A DNA stretch of 64,000 nucleotides from Camelus ferus. Lineage: Eukaryota. Below, one piece after another: positions 37,588 to 50,088 of this stretch. Location of the stretch: assembly GCF_009834535.1 (NCBI RefSeq), contig NC_045697.1, forward strand, positions 42,720,001 to 42,784,000, read 5' to 3'. The first letter of the stretch is position 1. Every line of letters starts with the position of its first letter. The translations under genes and the position numbers were made by a program. The notes under the pieces were generated by a model. It had not been told where the DNA came from, ran no database searches, and saw only the letters and a list, made by a program, of their open reading frames with translations.

Positions 37588-37840
37588 TTAAGAGTAAATG
37601 TATAGTGTTAGGTGAATATATTAGAAAAAAGGCTGAAAACCAATCATCTAAGCTTTATCTTAAGAAGCTGGAGAAGAAACAGCAAATTGAACCTAGAGAA
37701 AGAAAGAATGGGAGATGAGAATGGACATCAATCGGACAGAAAACAACACAGAGAAAGTTAACAAGTCAGAATTTGATCTTTTGAAAAGATTATGAAATAA
37801 ACTCCCAACAAGACTGCTGAAGAAAAATGAAAGTTAATAC
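37588..37840 (+). mobile_element. Old L1 ORF2 fragment, apparent continuation of 33880-34684
   Basis: atatattagaaaaaagg...taagctttatcttaagaagctggagaagaaacagcaaa continues the ORF2 consensus order. Confidence 0.7.
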
Positions 37841-38129
37841 AAAAATGCTCACACTACTATGGGTATATATTTAAAATGCGTATTTAGGGACATTTAGATA
37901 CGAATTTCTCTCCAAGTAACCCTGAAGGAAGTCCCTGTTTTCCAGGCTCAGGCACTGTAGAGACCACGGCAAATAAAGTCGTCACGTGGTTGATGTGGTT
38001 AGCTTTCACCCCTCAAACGGGCGTTATAGAGCAGATCCAAACCATTAAAGTTTAATAATGGGAATAAAACACCCGGCATAAAACAGCGACACCCTCCACT
38101 CACCCCTCCCCACCTCTCCATCCCCCGCC

Positions 38130-38370
38130 CCCAACATACACACACACACACACCCATCCCTGGCCTGCTTTATTTTTGTCCATGGCTCTTATAACCACCG
38201 AACAAGCTATATTTGTCTGTTTACTGTCCACTCCTGCTGCTTCTCCCTCCAAATTCCCAACAAGAAAATAAGCTTTGAGGACAGGGACTTGGTTTGTTAT
38301 GGTCTCTGCTATATCCATGCTCAGAACACTCCCCAACTCGTAACAGGCACTCAGGCAGTAACTGGTGGAC
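38130..38370 (+). mobile_element. L2 LINE 3' fragment
   Basis: ataagctttgaggacagggacttggtttgt...ctgctatatccatgctcagaac...caggcactca. Confidence 0.7.
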
Positions 38371-38709
38371 TGGAGGAGTCATTATGTCCTCCTCTTTTTT
38401 AACTCTTAGTATTCACTATCACTGCAATGTCCACTGTTGAGGCATCAAATCTCCTGATGTTCCAAAGCCAGTACCATTCATCCACATTAACTGAATTTTA
38501 ACTCAGCCCTATTAAGAACTATGATATACACTAGTACTGTTTTTAAGTTGGAAAATAATTATAATCTAACTACAGTTGTGACACAATTCCAGAAGCTGCC
38601 ATTCCCTTTGATATTACCGATTACCCATGACAGAAAAAGTAACTAATTCAAACTAATGCCAATGGAAACAAGAATTCAAAGAAATCATTTCTTAAAAATC
38701 GAAAAGTAC

Positions 38710-38813
38710 CTTATAAAACTTGTGATGTACACATGCACAAAAGTTGCCATCAAATACTGACAATCAAATCTGTCCATTATCCCACCATGTCCAGGAATGG
38801 TATTTGCAAAGTC
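38710..38813 (-). CDS. CDS1: CDS1 coding exon (likely exon 12), catalytic signature
   Basis: cctgaag|GAC...ATA AG|gtactt, 104 nt, phase 0-2; [34 protein letters not shown] completes the SxxKRxxxxKD...PGHGGxxDRxD CDS family signature. Confidence 0.98.
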
Positions 38814-39889
38814 CTTCAGGAAAAAACACACACACACATTAGTAAGCTTTCAAAAAAAAATCTGCTATAAGATTCCTATTTGTAAATGTCTCCTTGGCAT
38901 CATGGACTCGAAGAAAAATACTTTACTACTGGATTTTCCCACTAACTACAAACTTATTAGGGATTTTCCCACTGACTACAAACTTATTTGAACATGTCCA
39001 ACAGATTAAAACCCCATCTTTGGAATATGTGCCCATTGTTAGAATGATTACTGAGCTGACACACAGCTTTTAAATAACACTAAGTAAATATTAATTAAAT
39101 CAGGCACTTTTTTTTTAGTTAAGAAAACTATCTAAATCAAAAAAGCTATTGGCTATTACCAATCTAATCTACAGCCTGCTCTTCTGTTTAATCAGAAATT
39201 ATGTGGGGAGCTATTTTCTTGTTGTTGACAGATGGACTACTGGTTGTACCTCATGTTTATCCTAACAATTCTTACTCTGAAATAAAAAAATATTTATTAC
39301 GGTAGTTAAATATTTAAGTGTTGGGGTAAAAAAGAAAATTAAAATAGTTCATTTGGGACATGTTAGTCCATTAAACGGCCAAATAGTTAGGGGACGGTTA
39401 GGAAGCATCTGCAGACTGACCCTGTATGGACACATGTCCAGGGCTCAGGAAATGGAAGTGACTAATTGCCCTCTAGTTTACTCGGGCAACCTAAAAACCT
39501 CTAAAATGGAACAGCAATTACCCCTTCATTTCAAACATACAGAGAAGTCTCACCATTCAACCAGAAACCTTACACTGAAGGCCATTAAAAGAAAATACCA
39601 TTCTAAACATAACATTTCTCTGTCTAAAAAAAATTATTGAAAAATTCTTTGGCTAATTTTTGCCAACACATTTTCTTCCTTCTCTTCTCTACTAACCCAA
39701 GCCCAAGAGAGCCATGGTAACTCAATCCCACTGTTATTTGGAGCCGTTACAGGACTCTAGTCATCGCAGCTTTGTGTGGTTCTCTGTGGATGTGAGGGGG
39801 TGAGTGCCGTGAGGACAGGGACATCTTGTGCAGTTGTGTGTACTGCATTCCACCTAACGTAGTGTCTTCCCCACTGCAAGTGCTCACTG

Positions 39890-40150
39890 AGTTCACGTCT
39901 TTATTTCCCTGGCCTCCGGGCCCTGCGTGATCTGGCCTCGAACCCTCTGTATCTGATCTCCCACTCTCTCTGCAGCCACACTGCTCCTGTTCCCCTTCCA
40001 GCAGTTAAGCTCCCCTACTCCTTTGCACGCACTGGAACCCTCTTCCTTCAATTTCTCTGCAGGACCCATTCTCCTTTTGTCAGATCCCTGCTCAAACTCT
40101 ACCTCCTCAGAGAGGCCTGTCCTGACCTCCCCACCTGCAGTGGCCACGCT
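39890..40150 (+). mobile_element. L2 LINE fragment
   Basis: ccctgcgtgatctggcc...cagccacactg...ctacctcctcagagaggcctgtcctgacc. Confidence 0.7.
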
Positions 40151-40283
40151 CTAACTCCTAGCAGAGCACCGTTTGGTCTTAGTGAAGCCACTGTGAGGAG
40201 AGCTGAGATGACTGGATAAATGTATGTTGCTTTGTGAGAACCTAACTTCAACAAAACACAGGGAAAATTTTAAGCTTCTGAAA

Positions 40284-40497
40284 CAAGGATCAACAAACTA
40301 TGTCCCAAAGACCAAACCCAGCTGGCTGTCTGCTTTTTGTAAATAAACTTTTATTAAAACCCAGCCATACCCACTCACTGACATACTGTCCGAGGGGCTC
40401 TCCAACTACAATGGCAGAGTTCAGAGTTGAGTAGTTTGCAATACTGCCATTATTACTTAATGATTTGGCCCTTTACAGAAAGAGTTTCCAAACCCTG
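40284..40497 (+). mobile_element. MER58A-like hAT MITE
   Basis: caaggatcaacaaacta...tttttgtaaataaacttttatt...ggccctttacagaaagagtttccaaaccctg with imperfect terminal inverted repeats. Confidence 0.85.
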
Positions 40498-40862
40498 ATC
40501 TAGCAGAATGGGGAGTTACATATCCAGAGCTCTCCTGCATGTCCCTTCAAGTGAGATTGTGACAGGACACTAGACTTCAGACAATGCATGGCTGGATTCT
40601 TGGATGAACACTTGAAGAACCAAGATTTTGTGTTTGTCCCAACATTATGTGACACATGTCAGTTCAAATGTATTAACATGGCATGACCAAAACCTAGCAA
40701 GGAAGAATACACTCAAATAAGCCAGGAATCATTTTTGTGAGGCTGAGACAAATAGGATGGAAAAGTTTTTTGCCCAGTGGCTTGAAGTGTGAGACCAATA
40801 GACAACTAAATTCAAACTATATTACATTCTCAAGTAATGTAACAAAGAATCTAAACACATAC

Positions 40863-40982
40863 CTTGATTTTGAAAGCTCTTTTGAATCCACTGGCAAAGA
40901 AACCTCCGAATGGTCCAATCAAAGACGCAAACGTGGAAAGAGCAATGCTGTGTATCTGGAAAGGATACAAGCTCACTGTTTC
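40863..40982 (-). CDS. CDS1: CDS1 coding exon (likely exon 11)
   Basis: ctttag|GAA...AAG|gtatgt, 120 nt, phase 0-0; [40 protein letters not shown]. Confidence 0.98.
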
Positions 40983-41232
40983 CTAAAGAAGAAAAAAGAA
41001 GAGAAAGGTTCGGGCTAACAGCATCAAAACTGAATTTGAGCATGCCACCTAAACTAAGAACCATGATGTAAAACAATAACTCAAAGTACATGCCATATTT
41101 TTGTTAATTTCACAAACTTTCAGGATCATAGGAAAAAAATATTTGTTGTAAGCTCCTATTACCATCCTCTGCTTAGCCAGCACTCCCCATTCCCTCTGTA
41201 AGCACCTGTTGCACTAAAATCTGCCAGGCTAC

Positions 41233-41881
41233 TTTCTTTTTTAAAAATTGAAGTATAGTCAGTTACAATGTATCAATTTCTAGTGTACAGCATAATGTCA
41301 CAGTCATATATATACATATATATATTTGTTTTCATATTCTTTTTCAATGAAGGTTATTACAAGATATTGAATATAGTTCCCTGTGCTATACAGAAGAAAT
41401 TTGTTTTTTATCTAGTTTTTATATAGGTACAGTAGTTAATATCTGCAAATCTCAAACTCCCAATTTATCTCTTCCCACCCTCCTCTCCCCCCAGTAACCA
41501 TAAGTTTGTTTACTATGTCTGTGAGTCTGTTTCTGTTTTGTAGATGAGTTCATTAGTGTCTTCTTTTTTCTTTTAGATGCCACATGTAAGTGATATCATA
41601 TGGTATTTTTCTTTCTCTTTCTGGCTTACTTCACTTAGAATGACAATCTCCAGGTCCATCCATGTTGCTGCAAATGGCATTATTTTATTCTTTTTGTGGC
41701 AGAGTAGTATTCCATTATATGTATAAATATACCACAACTTTTTTATCCAGTCATCTGTCAATGGACATTTAGGTTGTTTCCATGTCTTGGCTATTGCATA
41801 TAGCACCGCTATGATTACTGGAGTGCGTGTGTCTTTTTGAATTAGGGTTCCCTCTGGATATATGCCCAGGAGTGGGATTGC
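41233..41881 (-). mobile_element. Relatively young 5'-truncated L1 3' end
   Basis: ORF 41573-41806(-) IAKTWKQPKCPLTDDWIKKLWYIYT...FAATWMDLEIVILSEVSQKEKEKYHMISLTCGI is the L1 ORF2 C-terminus; T-rich tail at left. Confidence 0.95.
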
Positions 41882-41948
41882 TTTTTAAATGAAGCTTTTA
41901 AATGAAGCTTAATCTCTGGGATAGAGGATCCCTACAGTGTTATCTTAC

Positions 41949-42101
41949 CCGTCTCAACACTGCCTTCAGAAAGGGAGGAAGTGAGTAACTCTGAAGCTGG
42001 AAAAGTTCTGAGGGTTCACATTCTGTAACGAAGGAGTTGACATCACTGCGGTACTCCACCGGGCAGACAAAGTACTGGTATTTGGATAATACGTATGCAG
42101 C
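41949..42101 (-). CDS. CDS1: CDS1 coding exon (likely exon 10)
   Basis: catctag|GCT...CGG|gtaaga, 153 nt, phase 0-0; AAYVLSKYQYFVCPVEYRSDVNSFVTECEPSELFQLQSYSLPPFLKAVLRR. Confidence 0.97.
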
Positions 42102-43820
42102 CTAGATGACCAAGCAAGCATTCATGAAACACTGAATGAAAATATATATATATACATACATTTAAAATATATATATGTCAGGAAGGCCAGAGAAGAATGC
42201 CAAACTTTCCTTGCATTCACATTCTGTTAAGTATTTTCAAAGTTAAATGATCATAACTGACACAATAAAAGACTCTGAAAAGCCATTAGAAAACAAAATG
42301 TTCTCAGAAATCAGTGTGATTATAATCTCTGTATGACCACAATAAAAAGAGGGAAGGGGAAAGAGAAAAAGAAGCTGACTTGAACATTTAGCCAAGTATT
42401 ATGGCAAAGTGTTACTTTTTTTAAGTACACATATTTAGTGTCAGCAGAAGGTAACAATTATAGACCTATGAGAAAGTGCAGGACTTTAGTTTCTTGCATA
42501 AAGGTTATAATAATTTCATGAATTAAAAAATAACCAGTGATTTAAAATTACTAAGAAAATAGCACAGTGAAAAACACTGTTATTCTTAACCAACCCAGAA
42601 AATGTTGACTAAATTAATCTTTCCCTGGATGCATCACTGCAATTTTAAAAACTAGCTGTTCTCAGCCATGGAAGAAAATATATAAAACAAAATATCTTAT
42701 AATAAATTTAAATTGCTAGACAATAGTTTATTCCCTTTCTTCTGCAGGTGTTCACACCATTATTCTGCTCAAGAATGATTAATGGAAGTACAACTATGAC
42801 ACTAGAAATGGATGTAAATTGATTTTGCTTCCAAACAACCAGTTTCCTCAAAATCACTTATTATAAATATATATAATTTCCCTCTTCATTATTTTTTCAT
42901 GCATTACATTCTTATAGCTCTTTATTTTCTTCCAATGATATTGCAGTCCTTGTAGTATTTCTAAATTAGTCTTTAATAATACCAAATTCAGGTGGTACTG
43001 TTTAACTTAATAATATTCTAATTATGCCTGCTACATAATGTAAAACATTAGACGGGTCCCAGATACTTTTTCATTTTTCTATTTATCAATTATTATCTCA
43101 TCAATACTCTATGAAATAAATACAAATAATATTTAAAATTCTATTGGAATTTTCATTGAGAATGAACTAAACTGATAAATAGACGAATTACGGTGGTTTT
43201 CCCATTTAGGAATCTGGCTCATTTCCATTTATTTGTATATTTGCTCCCTCTCAAAGCTCCATGTTGCTCTATATTTGGCTACAGAATATATTCTAGAACT
43301 GTCAGGGACTAGATCCTTAAAAAATTAAACTTCCTGACAGTAATTTTTGGGGGTATATTTATCTTAGATTAAGCCATTTTTCTGTACTTTTTTTTTGATT
43401 CTCACAAGACACCTTTGAATGAAAACCTAAATTCCATTAACTGTACACTAATTTTTAAAACATTAACAATATCCATTATTCATAGCTAAAAGTAAACGTC
43501 AATTATTTTTAACCAGCTTTCTCTGTAAGCTGGGCTTATAGCAGTAAGCGCCCACCAAGGCAAGCAGCACATCATTTGCATTCTCTCCTTTTACTCAAAG
43601 CCACCACCCGTCCCAGCACCTGTGTCCCCCACAAGGCAGAACAGCTGTTAAAAACTACTCAAACAATAGCACAACCGCAGGCCTCAAGACTCGTTGTACA
43701 TTAGAATCAACTGAGAAAGGTAATTGGCCTGGAGAGGGCTGGGATGTAGGTGGTGTATAAGGTCCCCGGGGGTTTCTGGTGCAGGGCCAGGATGAGCGCT
43801 GCTGGATGGGGTATAGAATA

Positions 43821-45562
43821 CAAGCGGACCTCATTTTATTGCACTTTGCTTTATTGCATTTCACAGATATTGTGGGTGTTTTTTGTTTTTTGTTTGTTTG
43901 GTTTTTAACAAATTGAAGGTTTGTGGCAACTCTGCCTTAGATAAGTCTATCAGGGCCATTTTTCCAACAGCATTTGTTCACTTCGTGTCTCTGTGCCACA
44001 TTTCGGTAATTTGCACAGTATTTTAAACATTTTCATTATTACTCTATTTGTCACACCCATGTAAGATAACAAACTTAATCGGTACGTGTTGTGCGTACTC
44101 TGACTGCTCCACTGACCAGCCACGTCCTCCCGTCCCTCACCCTCTCCTCAGGTCTCCCTGTTCCCTGACACACCGCAGGATCAGGCCAGTGAATAATCCT
44201 ACACTGGCTTCTAAAGTGTTCAAATGAAGGGAAGAGTCACATGTCTCTCATTTTAAATCCAAAGGTGGAAATAACTAAGCTTAATGATTAAGATGTTAAA
44301 AGCTGAGACAGGCTGAAAGCTAGGCCTCCTGGACCAGTTAGTGAAGTTATGACTGCAAAGGCAAGTTCTTGAAGGAAATCACAAGTGCTGCTCCAGTGAA
44401 CACACGAATGATAAGGAAGCCCAACAGTCTTAGTGCTGATACGGAGAAGGTTTTAGTGGTCGGGGCAGAAGCTCAGACCAGCCACAACATTTCCCTATGC
44501 CAAAGCCTAATCTAGAGCTCTAAACATGAGCCCTGATGGAGATGTGCAACGAGAGGAATGTTTCCGTGCCTGCTAACACGTCTACTCTGCAGCCCACAGA
44601 TGAAGGAGAAAGTTCCACTTTCAAGTCTTATTATTTAAGAGATACATTTCATAAGGCTACAGCTGCCCTAGACAGTGACTTCTCTGATGGGTCTGGGCGA
44701 AGTCAATTGAAAATCTGGAAAGGATTCACCGTTCTAGATGTCATTAAGAACATTAGTGATTCACAGGAAGAGGTCAAAATAACAACATTAGCAGGAGTTT
44801 GGAAGAAGCTGATCCCAGCCCTCATGGATGACTCTGAGGGATTCAAGACTTCAGTGCAGGAAGTGACTGCGGATGTGGTGGAAACAGAAGGAGAACTAGA
44901 ATCAGAAGTGGGGTCTGAAGATGGGACTGAATTTCTGTAATCTCATGATAAAACTTCCACAGATAAGGAGTTGCTACCTATAGATGAGCAAAGGAAGTGG
45001 CTTCTTGAGATGGACTCCACTCTGGTGAAGATGCTGTGAAGATTACTGAAATGACAACAATGGATTTAGAACCTGACATACATTAGCTGATAAAGCAGTG
45101 GCAGGGTTTGAGAAGACTGACTCCAGTTCTGAAGGAAGTTTTACTGTGGGTAAAATGCTATCAAACAACACTACATGCTACAGAAGAGTCAATCCATGTG
45201 GCAAACTTCACTGTCCTATTTTAAGAAATTGCCACAGCCACCCCCACCTTCAGTAACCACAACCCTGACCAGTCAGCAGCATCAACACGGAGGCAAGAGC
45301 CTCCACCAGTAAAAAGATTATGACTTGCTGAAGGCTCAGATGATGATCAGCACTTTTTAGCTGTAAAGTATTTTTAAATTAAGGTCTGTACATTTTTTTT
45401 CAGATGTAATGCCATTGCACAGTTAACAGACTACAGTATAACATAAACAAAACTTTCATACACACTGGGAAACCAGAACATTCGTGTGACCTGCTTTATG
45501 GCAACACTCGCTACAGAGAGGTGACCTGGATCCAAAACTGCAATATCTCCGAGGTGTGCACG
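43821..45562 (+). mobile_element. Tigger1 (pogo/TcMar) DNA transposon, internally deleted
   Basis: TA flanks at 43819-43820 and 45563-45564; termini caagcggacctcattttattgca / tgcaatatctccgaggtgtgcacg; ORF 44536-44940 resembles the Tigger transposase C-terminal part (PANTSTLQP.DEG..STFKSYYLR...GVWKKLIP). Confidence 0.93.
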
Positions 45563-45696
45563 TAGCTTCTGTTTAGTGAGTTTCAGTTAAAGTTATTTGC
45601 ATTTTGGAGTTTATTTCTTTTAGGTTTAGAATAGACTAATAAACTCGCTTCTGTTTTTCAAAGTATAAATAAAATAAAAATCCTAGTAAAACTCAC

Positions 45697-45765
45697 GATG
45701 AATCCAAACACGACAGTGGAAAAGAAACCGCCAATGAATCCTTCCCAAGTCTTTTTAGGAGACAA
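45697..45765 (-). CDS. CDS1: CDS1 coding exon (likely exon 9)
   Basis: ttttcag|TTG...ATC|gtgagt, 69 nt, phase 0-0; [23 protein letters not shown] includes the SPxKTWEG motif of phosphatidate cytidylyltransferases. Confidence 0.98.
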
Positions 45766-48110
45766 CTGAAAAAGGACAAATAAAATTAGAATGTGTTACC
45801 ACTCACAAAATACACAGATATATATGCAGGCTCTGCTCAGTGAATTCCCACCATACCTCGTACATCTCTCCTTACTGTTCTTATTAGATAGGCTCTGCAG
45901 CCCTTTTTCCTTCAGTCCACGAGCCTGATTTATTTGCGCAGATCTCTAGGAGTGTCTAGCACATATTAGACCCTCAGACGTTTGACACACTGTGAATATT
46001 TGTTCCTGTAAATAGCCTCAATTTATTTTTTTCACTCAAAGGACTATTTATGCTGAAATAATTGTCCCATAGTCTTCATGATTATATAAAGCCCCACAAT
46101 AGTGCAGTTATTGAAATAAGGATGAGATATGCTCATTCTAAGTATACATAGTCTGTGATGACCTGCTACTGATCAAAAATAAAATCACAAAACATGAACA
46201 CTGCAGCGCCCCAGGTTCCCATATACTCCCAGATGCCATGCTTACAGCAGACCTCATTCTGAAGTAACAACATCCCCCACAGCCCCAGGCACAGTATTTG
46301 CCCCATGGGTATGCATATATCCTCCTCCCTTTGGTCACAATATACATCTGTCTCCATGAAGAAAGAAACATGTTGTGCTTCTAAGAATAGACAGGGTTTG
46401 TTTCAGATTCCAGCTATTGTTTATTCGTCAATGGCTCATTCAGGGAGAGAAATCTGGAGGAAAGTCTAGAACTTGGTGAAGCAGGGGCAGGAGGCAAAGA
46501 TATAGAAGTAGACACAGTGCTAACTGCCTGAGATGCTCTGTAAGATAAAGGCTCTGTATGGGGCTTTGGTTACCAGGAGATCACGGACAGCCTCTGTGAT
46601 AATCCTTCCAGTGGATCCAGGGGGACAGAAGTCAAAGAAATGTCAGAGGGAGGTTTCTGCAGCTAGAAATGGGTGACATGCTAAAGCACACAAGCTCTTG
46701 TCTTGAAGCTTGCAAAGTGCAAAGCCTTTCCTGACAATTCTGCCATAGAGAAAAGGGGCTGATATACACCATCTCCTAGGATGATTCAGTATGTTTATCA
46801 TGAAGTAGGAGTTGACTCGAATTCAGAAGTGCCTGCTGATGATTTTAAAGATAGCTTATCAAATTAAATTGACACGTATCATACTGATTTAGGGGTTAAC
46901 TCGCTTGATTACAACTGGGTATGTCACACAACTAATCCAACCTGGTAATGCCCTAGAACCTAATGTTCAAAATCAGACAGAGAGATTCTCTTCTGGGCTC
47001 TGAGGGCTTCCTCAGCCAATAACTTCTCAGCTGTCATGGAAGCCCTGACTACTTCATCATGAACTTGCTCTTGTGCTGAAGCAGCTTTAGAAACTTTTAA
47101 AAAATGTCTGGCTTTCAGGCCGGTATCCCTACAGCTCAGCCTGATGCCATGTGCTGCACTCCTATGTGGGGAAGAATTTAAGAAAGGTGTTTTTGAAGGA
47201 CGAGCAGTCCACACATTCCCCTGGGAGGATAAACTACCCTTCCATCACTCTGAACAAACAGGTTTCCTATCTGAACAACTGTCTCAGTCCCTCCAAAAAT
47301 GCCTTCATATAATAACACCAAAATAGCCAATTACTGTATTTGTGGGAATGTTACAAAAGACTTTGCCCAGTAGATGAACTGAGGGAATCCTATCTAAAGC
47401 CCCAACATGAAAAGCTTTTCTTTTTAAAGAAAATCAGTTCTAGAAAAAAAAAAAAAGTGTTTTTCCACGAGGACTTGCTTTGTTTCTCTCTTTCCCAAGA
47501 TGGGAGCGAGGTAAATGACTTAATTTCCTTCTTGGCCTCTACTGACTGTAAACAACCAAACCGACGGGAAAACAACACAGTCTGCTCATGTGTATTTTCC
47601 TGTTCCACACCTTAACCTTTCCTTATCACTTGCATCGTTAGTGTTTTATTGCAGGGCGTCAATTTTTTTTTTTTTTTGAAAAAAATTTGGGTGTAAAAGT
47701 CTCACAAGCGGACATGAGTATGTGAAGACGGCATAATACATGCTCACCGACAGTTTGGTGAAGGAGGAGATAAATGAGAGGACAGCAGAGCCGAGGAAGG
47801 GCCTTTTGAGAGGGTGGTTGGGGAGCAGAGTAAAGCACACACGACAGCCCTGGGAAAGAGACCAGCAAAAAGATGACAGGAGCCTTCATGGGAGAGGATG
47901 ACTGATGGAGGAGCCAAGAGAATATCTGATGAAGAACCCAGACAGTGTCACTGGGAAATACGGCTCCCTGCCCCGTACACTGGCTGCTAAGGAAAATCCA
48001 AGCACCTCAGAGTCAAAACCGTGCTACAGCACCAAACTGTTAGGGATTTTCTCCAGGGCTGACTCTTTCAGGTTACGGTAGGGGCTTGCGCGAGATTATT
48101 TTTCCATTAC

Positions 48111-48198
48111 CTTAATTAACGGAGTTCTCCCAAAAAAAAATCCAAAAAGGTAAGCAGTTATGTCATTGCAGATAACACTTGATATTGGAACAAGGAAC
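48111..48198 (-). CDS. CDS1: CDS1 coding exon (likely exon 8)
   Basis: ttttaaag|G TTC...AAG|gtaatg, 88 nt, phase 2-0; [29 protein letters not shown]. Confidence 0.97.
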
Positions 48199-48527
48199 CT
48201 TTAAAAGAAAAAAAAGGCAGCAGAAAAGAGTCCATGTGATTAAGTGGCAAATATTTATACAGGCTATGACTCATGATGAACCAATGCAATAACCCTTTGG
48301 ATCACCCTGCAGCCTATTCCAGAACATAACACGTGCTAGAACATTGACAGAAATGATAAATATCAACCAAATCTGCCCATTTAGCAAGTAAGCAGAGCAA
48401 AAATCTATAAACTAATGTACTAGAAGAATGTTGTTAATAAAAATATTAAATAATCAACTTAATTTTAGTATTAAATAATAATCAATTTCCATAGCTATGG
48501 ACTTTCAAATTCCAGTTTTATGAGGAA

Positions 48528-48995
48528 TGCCAACTAGAAATTGTCATTTGCCATCTGTGAAGGCTACAAGAATGAAGTCACTGGCCACTGCAGTCTCTGA
48601 ACTTCAACACACCGTGAAAGGAGTTCCAGGCAAAAGGAATGAGGCACTCGGTGCTCTGGGAAAATATGGCAGAACAGGCCTTCAGATAGGTATTTTTCAG
48701 GGGAAGATTTTTATGAGCCCAATTTCTTGCATCGTCTCCGAAAATCACTAACAAAGACATCTGCTCCTCATGCTGCTCATGAATAGCAGCAACCTTCTGC
48801 CAAAATATGTGCATGACTGCACATACCCCCTTCACTAAAATCACACATATATATACTGACCTTCCACTCTACCTCTTCCGAGCAGCTCCTTAGAGCTGTC
48901 TGAGAGCCTGTCTCCCAGGCTATAGTCCTCATTTGGCCTCAAATAAAACTTAACTCACTGCTCTTAAGTTGTCCTTTTTTTTTTTCCAGTGGACA
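48528..48995 (+). mobile_element. Solo LTR, ERV1-class
   Basis: TG...CA ends, imperfect terminal inverted repeat TGCCAACTAGAAA / TTTCCAGTGGACA, 4 bp TSD GGAA (48524-48527 and 48996-48999), internal TA-rich box near 48848 and AATAAA at 48942. Confidence 0.85.
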
Positions 48996-50005
48996 GGAAC
49001 AAGTTACAATAGTATAAAGAATTTTTAAAAAGCAGCCTTTCAAAATGGAAATGGGTCATTTGATTAGGCAGAGTATAAGCTGATAAACTTATACCAAGCT
49101 CATAATACAAATTCTTTATGAGGTAAAATTATCAGTTTTAATTCTATGTGAGCCTATAGTTGCATTCAACCCTACTAATTGTACAGAAGCTACTAATTTC
49201 AGTAACTGCCACCCATCAATTAAAAGTTTGGATATGGAAGACAGTCTTAAAATGATTCTAATTGTTTACATACCCATATATATCTTGGTTAAAAAAACAT
49301 GAACCTATCAAGGGAATAAATTTATTTTGACTAAATCCATCAACTGTAAAAGATTTTAATTAATGGATTTTAAAAGAATGTAGGGGAAATACAGTCAGAT
49401 TTCTTAAAATCCTAAGATTTTTCTCCACTCTTATTTTTAACTAATAACAATGTTTATAACTTTAGCTGATTTTGAACTAATAAAAATGCTTTCTGAATCT
49501 GCAACCCACTGCTTATATAGCAAGTAACTCCAAATATCTGAAATCTGGACACCTAGTCCTATACAAAGGCAGAGCAGAACTTCCCCAACTTTTACCTAGA
49601 GAAAATGCATTGCCAGCACACGGTCTGCTGATAAGGACACTTTCCTGCTCTTTTTGTATTCCACGTAAATAGTACGCTTTTTTTTAAAGTCAAGTCTTTT
49701 GTTTTTTGGGGGTTTTTTTAAGTCACATTAAGGTGTAGTAAAACCAGAAAATGTAATTAATTGTTTGAAGCTTTTATAAAGACTTCCTGCACCTTATTTG
49801 AAACCTGAATAAGGAAGTTTTCCGGTTATTAACAAAGTGTCTTCCACTGTCAAATAGTAAGCAAAACTTAGTAAGCTATTTTCATGGAATTGAGCAACAA
49901 CAAATAATACATTTTAGTAGAACTTCTGTAAGACACTATGCAATGTAAAAGAGCTTTAAACATGCTACGACATAAAGATAAAGCAGCATAATACTGTCCC
50001 CTTAC

Positions 50006-50088
50006 CATATCATGCCTTCAAACAGATTTTGGATGACAAGATGTGACTGAGTAACTGTTATCAGTAAAGTGACATGAGTCCATGCGAA
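50006..50088 (-). CDS. CDS1: CDS1 coding exon (likely exon 7)
   Basis: ttaacag|TTC...ATA TG|gtaagg, 83 nt, phase 0-2; FAWTHVTLLITVTQSHLVIQNLFEGMI. Confidence 0.97.

Noticed and set aside
38095..38135. C-tracts that could form a G-quadruplex on the minus strand
   Set aside because: Such tracts are common, this one sits at the edge of an L2 remnant, and there is no supporting context
46140..46520. Possible ancient LTR fragment
   Set aside because: No clear termini or TSD, and I could not recognise a family with confidence
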